From Phoronis australis (lineage: Eukaryota > Animalia > Phoronida): a stretch of 64,000 bases of DNA. Position numbers and translations under genes: made by a program. Positions within the stretch are counted from its first letter, which is position 1. Every line of letters starts with the position of its first letter. This document shows positions 48,301 to 60,992 of this stretch, in pieces. The notes beneath the pieces were generated by a model that worked only from the letters and a program-made list of their open reading frames with translations, made no database searches and was not told the DNA's origin. The DNA lies in NCBI GenBank assembly GCA_002633005.1, contig NMRA01000108.1:539006-603005 (forward strand), read 5' to 3'.

Positions 48301-51300
48301 AACTATTACTGGAAAATAATTAAAGTTCACATGACCAAAAGTGCAAAGTCTCTAAAAATATACGCATAACTGCTAGTTACCGACTGAGGTAATTTCTACA
48401 AATTATTTCTAGACTGTGATGCACTCATAATCATTTTGTCTAATTTAAAATCTTTTTTAAGCAATTATAAAGTGTGAGCATAAGACTACCGGTAATTTTC
48501 TGTCTTAAGTCACTTTCATGAAACGGGCTGCAGGCCTGCATCTTGTGCAGGAGATTGTGGACCTTCTTATGTGCTGACTCGAATCACTCATGGACTCACT
48601 ACTAACTACCAACACCGTGGAACAATATACAGGACACACCTAAAGTATTCAGACAAAAAGACTGGGAATTCCCGTCATGGCGGCTGGGCGGAAGCGGAAT
48701 TCATAGTCTGAGTAGCTTTCCGTAATGACGTAGAGTGAAGGGTACTTAACAGGAAAAATTGACCAGGAGTAAGCCATTCTGCTATTGTAAGTTTGCTGCC
48801 ATAAATGCCATTACCAGGCATTTTTGCTGTTCATAGAATTTGACGTCATGACGAGGAAATTGTATTTTGTCTGCCAGTAGTTTCTCTGCGTAGGATAATG
48901 TGTACCACCATAAGTATAGATAAATAAGTTAGTTTCGGGACTCAATTTTTATTGGTTCATTTCTGGGAAATGGTAATGAATTCTAGAGCAAAATGTGAAC
49001 TCGTGTGTTTTTCAGGGTAATCTTTTGAAGATTGATGCTTTTCACACCATCCAGATGGGTACAGTGTTCAAAGGACTTCATCCTGTCTCTGATAAAGATG
49101 TCCTGGAGACATATAATGGCATACATGTACCACTTGACATTATGAGTGGTTTCCATGGCAAAGTGAGTCTTGCTAAAGCGTAATTGTTGATGTCTCCAAA
49201 ATCAAGATGAATAATTAATCAATAGTCAAATTATTAATTATACATTTTTTCAAGAAATATTGCCAGTGACATCATATACAGACATGTGAATGAATGCATG
49301 ATTATTTGACACATACACATACGCACAAACATAAACGCACATAGACGCGCACACAAACACTCATTTCAAGACCAGACATCAAATTTTAACACTAGATAAT
49401 ATTCAAAGAAACGAAAGAGTCAAAGAGGACCATATTTTACTGAATTTTTCATATTCACAGTTTGAAAGTAATGCAACATCTTTCTAAAAAGTTTAAATGA
49501 ATAAGAAGACAACTGCGATCTCAATAATTTAACGTAAAGCATCTAGCGCAACCTGTCATTATGCGCAAGAACAACGTCAAGAAATGCATACGATGTCATC
49601 AAATAATGGGTATGACATCATCAAACTTTGGGTGTGACATCATCAAACAATGGGGGTGACATCATCAACATTATACCCAGGGTGTGTGCATGGGGTGGTT
49701 GATGAATCCAGTATACTGACTGAGTGTGTTTGTGTGGGGGGGAGGGTTTGAATCCAGTAGTGAGTCTTTTTATTTGCTTTTCTCAGGGTCCACGTATGTA
49801 TCAGCTGATGGATCTCTTTGCCTTGCCTGAAATCACACTGCTGGCAAACGTCACAGAGGTATAGTGTATAACTAATATTAGCATTACCTTGGTGTTTTTT
49901 TCATGATTGAGATGATATATGGTAAGAATTCCTAAATTTTGGTGCTGAAAAATTCACAAAGAAATTTTTCCTAGAAATTATGAGCAAATGAGAAATTTTC
50001 CCATTAAGGTTAATTTGATTTGTTTGTGAAATTTCGGAAATGATTCTGTAAGAAAATGGCTTCTTCTGTAAAAACTGTGCGGGAATTGTTTGTACCCTAA
50101 ATCTTATCACTGACATCGGTTATAGAATTTTTACCATGATAAACAATTTGAAGGCATTCATCAGTAAAGTGCATCTCCCATGACTAAAACTATCTTGTCA
50201 GTGAAATCAGCATAATATGGTCTAATAACCAGAGGTGACCAAATGCACTCAGCGATCAGACAAAAGAATGCTGTGTCACCTGATGATGGACAAAACAATA
50301 AAATGAAGTTGTAATTTAGTGAATTTTGATGGTACTTTTTATTAATTATGTTTTATTGATCTCTGATTACAGTTCTTTGAGAGAAACAGTATCCCATACC
50401 ACCCTGAGAATCTTTTTCGTGACGTCACCACAGCTATTCAGTCTATTCATAAGAATGGTGAACTGCACCAAGCAATTATGAATGACTTGGGTAAGGTTAA
50501 GTAGTATTCTATCCCTTCATTCAAAATTCCACCTTCGCTGACCAATCATTTCAGTGGCCGCCTATTTGCTACGAAAAATGTGCGCTTGTAAGGTACCGAG
50601 TGTACTCGCCAAGAATTCACCTTTCACTCATGTAATTTTGCCTGATCTTGCATGATCAGTATTTCCTCTGTGGGTAAAAATCTGAGCAGCCAGCTACAGT
50701 CCTTTTTGACCCCGCTACTTGTAATCTTGCCCAAATTGACTGCCACACTCCCTAGTCTGACAAGAAAACTTTCACCGCCGAGCAAAAATCTTTAGTAAAA
50801 TTGAATATGCAACAGACAAGTTACTCAGCTACTGTCAATGTTTGTGGATCGAAGGGAAAAACATTTTAAAATCAGATTTTGAACTTTTCCCCTTGTTAAA
50901 AGTAATCATTTTATTCCTTTTTCCTAGCGTTCGCTCAGTGACAAACGATGCACAGTTATTGAATGTAGTCAGGGACCAGGCAATGACCTTGACATTAGTT
51001 TTCTAAAATGGCCAAGCACCAGTGAACACAGATGAAATGGGTGTTTACGATTACAATTAAAGAAGTCGTGCAAAAATGTGATTTTTATTGCAGAGAATAG
51101 TCAACAGTGAATCATAGACCTATCAAGTTATCTTAGTAGTTGTCTGCACTGAATGGATAAATAAATCTTCTGCTAATTAATCCAATTGATTTACATTAAG
51201 CAAGAATATAAACGATCTCATACCAGTTAGTCAATCAGCTCTAAACAGGTTTGATCATGTTTATTGTTTGATGTACTAGTACATGCATAGAGCTGGAGAA

Positions 51301-54300
51301 TTCACTTTTAATGAATGGTCTGAAGCTTGCTGGCATGTCTGCTTCCTATTGCAACTTTAATTGGTGATTAAAATATACTTGAATGATACAAAACTCTTCA
51401 TACTCTGAGATCACTCAATGACACTTCACTGCGGCGTCGGTCTCGGCATCCACTGAGACCATTCACTACCACGCTCTTTTCGAAAATCTAGAGAACACTG
51501 GTGATCTTAGTGTTTTGTGAGTATTTTGCATCTCCCCAACGCACCCCTTAATACTATGTTCAATTTCCACACCTGATAACTTTGTGGGCATTCATTTAGG
51601 GTGTTCTTTCTCCAAACAGCGATGAAGAACTATTTGAATTAACCCGGAGTCGTGTTTCAAATCTTGAGCCGTGTCTGAAAAGCTTCGGCCTTTTCTGGTT
51701 CATGGTGGAAATGTCTTGATTGAAATGGCATTGGATATTGGCAAGTGCCAATTGCTTTTGTGTGGATTGGCAAAAAGAACACGATGCTTAATTTGCATTA
51801 GTAACTCCTCAATAGATTTGTACCAGATGGCGCTGTGACAAGAAGCCGGTTAATCAGGAATGCTGATTTGGGGCCCTTGTGTGAGGAGCAGTGCAATTTT
51901 GTGAGGAGCAATGCAATTACTGCATTGGTCATGATTTCACAGCAATAAAGCACACTGTATAATTTAAAAATAAACTGATTTACCATTATGTGAAACTGTT
52001 GATTGTTCGAACTATTTGGTATCTAAAATTAAACTCCTTGTGAAAAGCTTGGTTAAGGGACTCATTTTTTGCCCGTACAAATGTGATACAGATTAGCCAA
52101 TAATTGCGTTAGGTTTCACTTCTTTGATTCCCAGTGATGAGAATAGCCGAATTTGATTCTAGTTATTTTTTTTAATCACGATGGTAGATAATTGGCCTAC
52201 ACATCGTGATGGCAGACAAAAAACGTAGGATCGCTCAAGAGTTGACTTAGATTTAGTCTCGATTTGTGAACTGTTGTCGTCTGGAGTTGAAACCAAATAG
52301 GAGGTTTTTGTAATTGAGCCATGCTTGTAGTTTTGCCTTTTGAGAACACCAATAATGTGCACAGAAAGTTCTTTGTGAAGCGTTGATTTATAACTGACTG
52401 CCATAACAAACTGTTTCAACACTTTTTGATGTATAGATGATGTACGATATGTGTTTGATAATTGCATGATTCAATCTTAAATTGTTAGCATTATGCACAA
52501 TGATTTTTGCTGATTGGCCCATCAGCTGATTGCTATCCCACAATTCCTCCATCTTTTTGATTGACAGTTCATGCTGCGTGAAAGATGTGCCAAATTGGCT
52601 ATTGATTTTTTAAAGAAATGTCAATAGGCTGTCACCATCATGGAATTCTTGATATAAAGGTTTTGAGTAGGTGGCGATATTTTTGCCATGGTTCCATGCA
52701 GCGCACCACTCCATTTGTCATTGATCACTTACTTCATCCAGATGTGTCGTACGGCAGCTTTACAAGAAATGTGAAATTCCATAAATCGTAACAAGTCTGG
52801 ATTACGTATGAGATTCATTGCGAGAAACATCAATGGTGAAATCTCACCTATTTAGGACACAATATGGCTGACAATTGTATTTTTTCTCATGTTTTTGTGT
52901 GAAAGATATGCGGCACCAAATTAATGCCTTCCTGTGTACCGTTCAAAGTCTGTACCAGGCAATGTTTTGAAAAATACTGTGCGTTCACAACAAAGTAATT
53001 ATGAAGACGTTGGAAAATGGGAACGGCATTTTTAGCAATATTTTTTGTCTGAAATTGATGGCCTTTTACCATATTGGATGTTGAGCAATGAAACATTGAT
53101 TTTGGCTCAGTACCAACAGTGGGTATTAAATCTTTTTTTCCATTAAATGTATAATTAATAATGGAACTGTCTATCACACACACACACACACAGCTGGCCT
53201 CAGTCTGTTATAATAGGTATCAGGCTGTGGTGGTACTATACTAGAGCAATAATACAATTTGCTGCCAATTTGACTCCTGTGGATATCTCGTGAGAAAAGC
53301 ACAGCACGCATTACCAACACAGTTGTTGTTGGTTAGCTTCATAGGCTGTCTATATTAATATTCTTTCCATGTTAGCATTTTTAATAAAGGTTCTAGATGT
53401 TTCCGTTTAGCATTACCTCAATTCTATGTTCCTTTGTATTTATTATGTATTTATGAGTATACGTAGTGGCATACGGTGTATGTATTATGTATGTTACCTT
53501 ATGTATTACTGTATATATTATGTATGTCACCTTATGTATTACTGTATATATTATGTACGTCAACTTATTTATTACTCTATATATTATGTATGTCACCTTA
53601 TGTATTACTGTATATATTATGTACGTCACCTTATGTATTACTGTATATTCCTTAGTTATTACTTGAGTCTGCTCCATGTTGGCTTTGTACTCATCTTAAT
53701 TTTACGTTACTCTCATTTTGTCCCCTTGTTGTGTCTTGTATATATTTTTATATTGTCATGTTAACCAGCTGTTCCACTCCATGTTAGCATTTTTCGTATA
53801 GTCATAGCTACTGTTACTCTATTTCACTCAATGCCTCACTCACTCTCCCTTGAATGGGCGGATGCATCCTTCTGCTGCACATGTGGCAGATTGTCACCCA
53901 CCTTTGTATCTCAACATATTGTTAATATAACTTTTGTAGTTATCGATATCTGTAGTAGTTTAGTTTGTCATAATATGTATGACCTTTTATGTCATCCAAA
54001 TGAGTTGTTTCACTGTAAACTAGCTCTGGTATCGCTTAGCAGTTAGTGCATGTAAGGTCTGATACTTTGTTTCATAAGATTAACACTGTTTTTAGTTTTG
54101 GTTTGGGACTTATTATGACTTATCACTTAATTTGGTTTAGTGTCTAAGTGTGGCTTAGTGACTAAGTGTGGCTTAGTGACTAAGTGTGGCTTAGTGACTT
54201 AAGTGTGGCTTAGTGACTAAGTGTGACTTGTTTACTTAGCAGCCATAATGTTCTCCTTTCTAGAGACCTATCTTTGCAAAGAAGATGGCCAGATGATTGG

Positions 54301-57300
54301 GAAATTATTGAAAAAACTCTCAGATGCTGGAAAGAAGCTCTTCCTTATTACAAACAGTGGCTATCCTTTTGTGTAAGTGATTGATGTAGTCTAACTCGGC
54401 GTGATTAACACGATTATTGCAGCATTGCGGACTATACATTGCTTTCACACCTCTTCTAGTTTGGTTACCTTTTACATGATTTACCGTAGATCAGATCCAG
54501 AATTTGGCAAAATCATTCTCAGCCATTTTGACACTCATCAGTAAGTGTTTCTGGAATTTAGAGAATGCGAAATTTACTTATTTGATAAATGCGTTTAGAA
54601 TACGTCACCCTTGGTATTTTCCAAAGGTAATATAAAGCGTCTCATAATGGTTGTCTGTAGTGGCCAATTAAATGTTTGTGACTTGCTTAGAACAGAAAAA
54701 ATTTGTTTGAAGGAATAAGGGAATGAGCTTCATGGTTGGTGAGGATTGGAAAGATCTATTTGATGTCATCGTAGTCTCCGCAATGAAACCCCAGTTCTTC
54801 ACTGAATCTTCCAGNCAGCCATAATGTTCTCCTTTCTAGAGACCTATCTTTGCAAAGAAGATGGCCAGATGATTGGGAAATTATTGAAAAAACTCTCAGA
54901 TGCTGGAAAGAAGCTCTTCCTTATTACAAACAGTGGCTATCCTTTTGTGTAAGTGATTGATGTAGTCTAACTCGGCGTGATTAACACGATTATTGCAGCA
55001 TTGCGGACTATACATTGCTTTCACACCTCTTCTAGTTTGGTTACCTTTTACATGATTTACCGTAGATCAGATCCAGAATTTGGCAAAATCATTCTCAGCC
55101 ATTTTGACACTCATCAGTAAGTGTTTCCGGAATTTAGAGAATGCGAAATTTACTTATTTGATAAATGCGTTTAGAATACGACACCCTTGGTATTTCCCAA
55201 AGGTAATATAAAGCAACTCATAATGGTTGTCTGTAGTGGCCAATTAAATGCTTGTGACTTGCTTAGAACAGAAAAAGTTTGTTTGAAGGAATAAGGGAAT
55301 GAGCTTCATGGTTGGTGAGGATTGGAAAGATCTATTTGATGTCATCGTAGTCTCCGCAATGAAACCCCAGTTCTTCACTGAATCTTCCAGGTAGGTTGCA
55401 TGCTAAGTCAAGACTTCAGCCCTCGAGCTCAAAACTTTTCCTGAGGCTATACTGAAAATTGACCAATCACGTCACGTGAAATATAAAATGGTTCAAATGT
55501 GTTTCTCAATTGCTAACTGTGATTTGGTTCTGAGTAGTTGGGATTTGAGTAGCACTAACCAGATACGTTTTTAGTTTTATAACCATCATCTTTTTTGGGG
55601 GGTAGGGGGTGACTTGGGAACAGAGATGACTCATTACGTCATTATGGCATTCTCCTGTTGGGTCTAACTTGCTCGGTTGTGTAGCATAACAAGTTGGGTG
55701 GATGACTGCTGTACCCAATATCTTGCATGACTGATAAGTCCATTCTGGCAGTCATGGTTGGACGGTCAGCTCTCTTATGTTCAATAATTGATCTAATCTT
55801 CGATAAGATCCTATCTAGCCTGACTGGGCTGTGCCGTGAAAAATAAAATTTCTGTTTTAAAATGTTTGAACATAAGTCAATAACATTATTTTCTGGATTC
55901 CTCGTCAAATGCTGATTTTGTTAAGTTTTTGAATCACCAAAACCGCCTAACTACAACCAATCTATTCTTACCGAACGTACCAACGCACTGGGTTTGACTG
56001 TGTTCCCACATGGTCTGTAATAAGTCTTGTACTGGCCTTCCTGTTGCCACAGGAGACAAAAGACTTTGCTGGGCAGTTAACAAAGGAGCTAGATGTTATC
56101 ACTTCCTGACATCCACTCTGTGTCTGGTAAAGTCACTGAACTGGAGAATGCCCTAATGTGGTAACACTAACATTGTCTGCATTCTTTACATATTAATAGA
56201 CTGGTTTGCATTGTGCACATGTGATAGCACAATTAGAATAGTTATCCTAACTAAATACCTCTAGAGAATTTGGAGTTATTTGAATAGAGGTTCGTCTTAC
56301 ATTTTGAACCATGTCATGTGATATGTTGATATATTTAAAAGTTTTAGTAAAAAGTGATGAACTTAGGTCCTGGTGCTCAGATTCAATGCACCTAAAGTTG
56401 TCTAAAATTGGCTACTTGAACTTCTGAACTGTGTATCTGATGCAACAGTCACTGTTGTGGCTTTTTGGATTTGAGGCCCTAGAGAAAATAATTTTTAGTG
56501 ATGTTCTTAATTTGTCTATTCCCTTATTTTTTGGACTCCATTCTTGCAACTACTGATAACGATGTTGAGGGACAGCCTACTTTTTGAAGCGTTGAATGTT
56601 TTGGGCTGTGCCTCGTCATGAAGTCTTCACAAGATAAAAGAGCGGTAAAACGTATAATATTGTTGTTGATCTTTCAGGTGCATTTTGTTCTGTCACACCC
56701 AGAGGTCATATTAAAGTTTTATTTCAGACCATTCAGAATGTATAGTGAAGAGATTGATTCTTTATCGTATGACCGCGTGCGGACTTTAAAGAAAGACAGT
56801 GTTTATAGAGAGGTACGTCTTCCAACGGTTGTTAGCTGGTTTTCCTGCCATCTGAAAATCTACTTTTTGATGTAGTTTAAAAAATACATAGCGCTCTTAT
56901 TAAGAGACATTGGCCAATACTACTACATGCATGTAAATCTTTGCAGCGATCGTAGGAGACTCGGTACTTGCTAGGTGGTCTTGGTAAAAGACGAAGCTTC
57001 TTTTTATTTTATCTGATTAAAGTATGATTAGAAAACTGTTCACCAGCATAGGGTTTTTGGGATAAGTGTCCCACATGTACCTCAGCATGTGCATTTATTC
57101 AGGTAGGCAGTAGTTTTAACAGTGCCACCTAGTGGACTTTGAGCTTCTTATCAGGTTGTCAAAAGTTCCACTTTGGAGTGGAGAATACATTTAGATTTAG
57201 CTATGGAACCCATCTTTTATCATAAGTGTAATAGACTGGTTATACCATAGTTTGAAGCAAGGATCCAATAAACAATTGGGTCCTAGTTTGAAGTAACTCA

Positions 57301-60300
57301 AAATGTGCTCCAAAAGTTTTTAAAATGTCATGTAGTGTTAGACTTTCACTGGGTAAACATGTTGAGTATTTTAAGCAAATCTCTTCATTAGTGGATTGCG
57401 TATGACATCTCTTGTTTCCTGGATGTGATATATTAGTATGCTATTGTTACAGGGAAATATCAACGAGTTCCAAAGACTGACTTCATGGTATGGGAACAAA
57501 GTTCTATATTTTGGAGACCACGTCTACAGTGATCTAGCTGTAAGTTTGTATCAATTGTCAAGAGCATAAAGGACCAAAAGTGGGCTGGTAAATTGTAGCT
57601 ATGACTATCATGTCATTGTGTTGTATAGGCACACTGTTCATCAAAGATCTTAACGAAGATGGTCATTACATGAGGATACAGACAAATAGTTAAATTAGTG
57701 TTTGTTGCAGTGTTTTGTTCATATAAATATGCTACATCAGGACGGTATAGTGGGTGTTTGGAAGCCAGGAACTGTAAAAACAGTGCATTATTTTACTATT
57801 TATGAATTAAGTAGAAACAACACATATATCTCTCCATCCCTTTCAATGTTAGACAATATCTTAAGATGTTGGGAAGTTTTCATTGGGTGGAAGCACCTTG
57901 CTGGCGGTAAACAAAATGTTTTCCTGAAACTTGAATGTCAGAAAAATGGGTAAATTTACAATTTTTACTGGACCTGAGTTTGCCAAATAGGATGGTTGAA
58001 TTTCAAAACTAAATTCCCAATTTTTCATGTTATAGATTGAAATGAATCATATTCTTTGATTCAGATACAAAAAATACCCGAAGCCACATGTCTGCTTTTC
58101 TAACAATAGTCATGGAAAATTGAATGGAGGTGATGAAAATGTTTCAATTATTTTATGTGTTTTTATTTTACATTTATCGTTCTCACCAAATTGGTTTCGT
58201 AATTTTAATTATATCCACTACATTTAAGAGTGTATTAACTTGAATTAGATGAAAAAAATTTCGATTGACTGTTTGTCTTTGTTGACAGATGCCACCCCCT
58301 GTTGGCCAGCTGTCTCAAGAACTTGCCAAAAGTTTACCTGTCAATAATTTATACAGTATCCGCGACATAAACTGGGTTACTGTTGTGTTTTCATGTTTCA
58401 TACAGTTTAATTTTGTTAAGTGCTATGTTCTTTTGATAACAGGTTTTATTTCTCTGTGTTCAATTGTGAACTTTTATTAGACATATTGGCCTGTCTAATC
58501 AGAAACTAACTCAGCTGCTTTAAACTACGTAGTATTCACAATTAAGGCATCCTGTTGCCCAACTTATGACTAATTAGCATAAAATTAATATTCCGGCCAT
58601 TCGTGTGCGATAGTCATGAACAATCAGAGCCCAACCCCAAGTTCGCCATTGAAATGCAGGCTTTTGACAGTTACAACTAAGGCAAATATTTTGTCTGAGG
58701 AGCATTCATAAGTGAATTTATTTTAGATCTTAGACCAGGCGTCTAATCTTTCATCCAATCATATGGTATGTGAAAGCTAATGTTGATTTGCATTTCGTAC
58801 TGAATTACAATAAGATTGGTACAAAAACGATCAATGTTTTAATGTAGCTTTAGCCATAATATGTAAACCCATTTGCTACAGTCTGTTTGAGTCATTTCCT
58901 GTAAGTACCTTTTAGTATGCCACTAGAGACCCCCTATTTGTGTTTATAGGATGCAACTCTTCGCCATGGCTGGAGGACTGGGGCAATAATACCTGAATTG
59001 GAGGTAAGGTTTCCAAAAATTCGAAAATAGCTTATAATGATGAAATTTTCTTTTTCCATTTTCCAAAAGCTCAGGTTACCTTGTGATGGCTGTCGATGGC
59101 AGAGCATTGCCAACTGTGGTAATAATGAAGTAAATAATTTTCTGTTTATTTTTGTCTGAGAAACATGGCAGCTGAAGTAAAATATCACTGTTCCACCATA
59201 TCTAGTTAGCTTTTATGTAACTATGTGATAAACTTTGAAAAATTAAAATTGTGTCAAAATCATATGTTCAGTCATCTAAAAGAAATGAATTTTAGATATT
59301 CTCCTGACGTTGTGGTCAATTCAGCAGCTCAAAATTCCAAGTCCTGTTCAATCTTAAATTTCCTGAAAATATCCTCCACAGACAGAAATATCATCTACTG
59401 ATTCCCAATCTACAAAAATATGGAGCCAGCTTATATTTTTATATAAAAATAATTTTCTACGCAATCATTTAAAAATGTGCCCACTTACTTTAAGTTGAGC
59501 CGAAATTTCTGGTGTCAACAAGTTCTGAGTATTAACTAACTTTTTTGACGATTATTTACTAATTATTACTTGGTGTTTTTAATGATTAAGTTAATAAGCC
59601 ATTCTAACTTTGGCTGCGTCTTTATCTGTCATCTCCGAGCAAAAGTCAATATCATATAACTTCCTTATGTCATCTTTTTGTTGATGTTTCTCTCGTCTCA
59701 TTTTAGGACGAGTTTCAATTGTGTTATCTCTTTGTTGTCATGTCTTGCATCTCATTATAGGATGATATCTTAGAGAAGTTCCTAATGTCTTTTCTTTGTT
59801 GTATGAATCTTGGATGTCATTTTAACATGAACTACTGAAATTCCTATGTCAAGTCTTTGCTATTGACAGTGTCTTATATCTCGTTTTGAGCAAGTTACCA
59901 ATCAGGTGATATTTATTGTACTACTTTGGGATGGAATCCTAGAGATGTTCTTAGAATTCTATGTCATCTTTTCATTGACATATTTTGCATCTCATTTTAG
60001 GATGAGATCCAAGTTCTCAACAGTGACCAGTACAAGTCAAGCGTAATGTGGTTGGTCATGCTTCAGGATCTGATCGAAAAATCTCAAGTTTACAACGATG
60101 AAGAATCTCGAGAGGTCATCAGCCAGTGGTTGGCAGAGAGGAACGAGTTAAGGCAAGTTCTGTTAAAGTCGCATACACAGCGCATCCTTGCAAACTGTTT
60201 TTTAATGTCTGGAATATAGTTAAAGTTTTATTTAACATACTACTAAGATAGTTTTTTAACTTTTCACAATTTAAATGTGAATTGAATGGAGTTCACTGAA

Positions 60301-60992
60301 TCCAGTCTAAGTTTGTCTACAATCATTATGTAGGTTGAAGTTCAGCACTGCACCTTCTCTTGTTTATGAACACAATCTACTAAGATTTTGTCGAAGCTTT
60401 TATTCAGTCACCAGAAGACAAAAGTTGTTTCTGGTTAAAAACGTTCATCGTTGTCTCCTGTGATGATAGTAAAAACGTTACTTATACTAGGAGACATTTA
60501 GATAGTTGAGCATAACGTTTTTGCGGGGCATGACGGAGCTGCAAGCTTGAAATGATATGCTCAACTAACTATATGTCTCCTAGTAAGTAACTTCTCTCGT
60601 TTTTACCATGTTCTATCCTAAAATTTCTATTACCAAAGCCTTTGTCAAAATGTTCTCATTTTTGTTTACAGAGCTGTAATGTTTTATAAATTAGTGCACA
60701 ATCTATTTAGTTAAAACAGTCAAGTAAATAAAAATGTATAAAGCCAATTTTTTAATAAAATTTTATCTCCTGTAGGCAAATAACCAAGAAAGTTTTCAAC
60801 AAGCAGTTTGGCAGTGTATTCAGGACGTACCACAACCCGTCTTACTTCACCCGTCGTCTCTGTCGCTTTGCCGACATCTACACCTCGTCCATAGTCAACT
60901 TGCTCAACTACCAACTAACTCACACGTTCTACCCTAGGAGGGCAGCACTGCCTCATGAGATGAATTATTCAGTTGTTTTGCCAACATCCTAG
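45204..60992 (+). CDS. NT5DC3: 5'-nucleotidase domain-containing protein (NT5DC2/NT5DC3 family, HAD superfamily), 13 exons, ~520 aa
   Basis: Exons 45204-45372, 46050-46225, 46898-46972, 49016-49162, 49787-49858, 50373-50490, 54264-54372, 55289-55390, 56728-56812, 57453-57539, 58950-59003, 60001-60152 and 60776-60992 join in frame (1563 nt). HAD motifs [17 protein letters not shown] and [10 protein letters not shown]; family strings [43 protein letters not shown] and HTFYPRR. Likely a single invertebrate pro-ortholog of NT5DC2/3. Confidence 0.95.
46050..46225 (+). CDS. NT5DC3: NT5DC exon 2
   Basis: [23 protein letters not shown]; ccag acceptor, GTAAGT donor. Confidence 0.92.
46591..46845. mobile_element. 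Tc1/mariner-type MITE with TA TSD, copy 1
   Basis: TA-CAGT.....CAAAAGTATTCAAGAC ... GTCTGATTACTTTTG.....ACTG-TA; collinear with 48630-48902. Confidence 0.75.
46898..46972 (+). CDS. NT5DC3: NT5DC exon 3
   Basis: [25 protein letters not shown]; tgcag / GTAAGA. Confidence 0.92.
48253..48530. mobile_element. MITE
   Basis: Inverted ends GTTGCATGAAAAGTGACACTTAAGACAG / CTGTCTTAAGTCACTTTCATGAAACGGGCTG. Confidence 0.7.
48630..48902. mobile_element. Tc1/mariner-type MITE, copy 2 (more decayed)
   Basis: Shares AAAGTATTCA.AC, GGAATT.CC, CCATTCTGCT and TCATGACG.GGAAAT.GTATTTTGTCTG with 46591-46845. Confidence 0.65.
49016..49162 (+). CDS. NT5DC3: NT5DC exon 4
   Basis: [20 protein letters not shown]...FHGK; ttcag / GTGAGT. 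Confidence 0.92.
49592..49670. repeat. ~23-bp minisatellite, ~3.5 units
   Basis: TGACATCATCAAAC(A/T)(A/T)TGGG.G repeated. Confidence 0.85.
49787..49858 (+). CDS. NT5DC3: NT5DC exon 5
   Basis: [24 protein letters not shown]; ctcag / GTATAG. Confidence 0.92.
50373..50490 (+). CDS. NT5DC3: NT5DC exon 6
   Basis: [39 protein letters not shown]; tacag / GTAAGG. Confidence 0.92.
53482..53648. repeat. 33-bp AT-rich minisatellite, ~5 units
   Basis: TATTATGTA(T/C)GT(C/T)ACCTTATGTATTACTGTATA repeated; explains the periodic ORFs. Confidence 0.95.
54127..54230. repeat. 18-bp minisatellite, ~5 units
   Basis: TAAGTGTGGCTTAGTGAC repeated. Confidence 0.95.
54264..54372 (+). CDS. NT5DC3: NT5DC exon 7 (first copy)
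   Basis: [37 protein letters not shown]; tctag / GTAAGT. Confidence 0.85.
54713..54814 (+). CDS. NT5DC3: NT5DC exon 8 (first copy; donor replaced by N at 54815)
   Basis: [33 protein letters not shown]. Confidence 0.6.
54840..54948 (+). CDS. NT5DC3: NT5DC exon 7 (second copy)
   Basis: Reads identical to 54264-54372. Confidence 0.6.
55289..55390 (+). CDS. NT5DC3: NT5DC exon 8 (second copy, intact donor)
   Basis: Reads identical to 54713-54814; tgaag acceptor, GTAGGT donor. Confidence 0.85.
56728..56812 (+). CDS. NT5DC3: NT5DC exon 9
   Basis: [29 protein letters not shown]; ttcag / GTACGT. Confidence 0.9.
57453..57539 (+). CDS. NT5DC3: NT5DC exon 10
   Basis: [29 protein letters not shown]; tacag / GTAAGT. 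Confidence 0.93.
58950..59003 (+). CDS. NT5DC3: NT5DC exon 11
   Basis: [18 protein letters not shown]; tatag / GTAAGG. Confidence 0.93.
59665..60015. repeat. Degenerate ~55-60-bp tandem array built on the exon 12 splice acceptor
   Basis: Units TATGTCATCTTT..TTG...TCTCATTTTAG|GA(C/T)GA; AG at 59705-59706 and 59759-59760, and the true acceptor at 59999-60000. Confidence 0.75.
60001..60152 (+). CDS. NT5DC3: NT5DC exon 12 (GC donor)
   Basis: [51 protein letters not shown]; tttag acceptor, AG|GCAAGT donor. Confidence 0.88.
60468..60606. repeat. Hairpin / foldback in the last NT5DC intron
   Basis: GTTACTT..ACTAGGAGACAT.TAG.TAGTTGAGCATA versus TATGCTCAACTA.CTA.ATGTCTCCTAGTAAGTAAC; outer GTAAAAACG / CGTTTTTAC. 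Confidence 0.85.
60776..60992 (+). CDS. NT5DC3: NT5DC exon 13 (terminal)
   Basis: [61 protein letters not shown]...PTS*; TAG at 60990-60992. Confidence 0.93.

Larger units (their letters stand above)
54240..55390. repeat. 575-bp near-identical tandem duplication joined by one N (likely assembly or haplotype overlap)
   Basis: 54240-54814 matches 54816-55390 with a handful of intronic substitutions. Confidence 0.9.

Noticed and set aside
53393-53764. Periodic ORFs ([11 protein letters not shown] repeats etc.) and a superficially CRISPR-like array
   Set aside because: 33-bp minisatellite without unique spacers, inside a eukaryotic intron.
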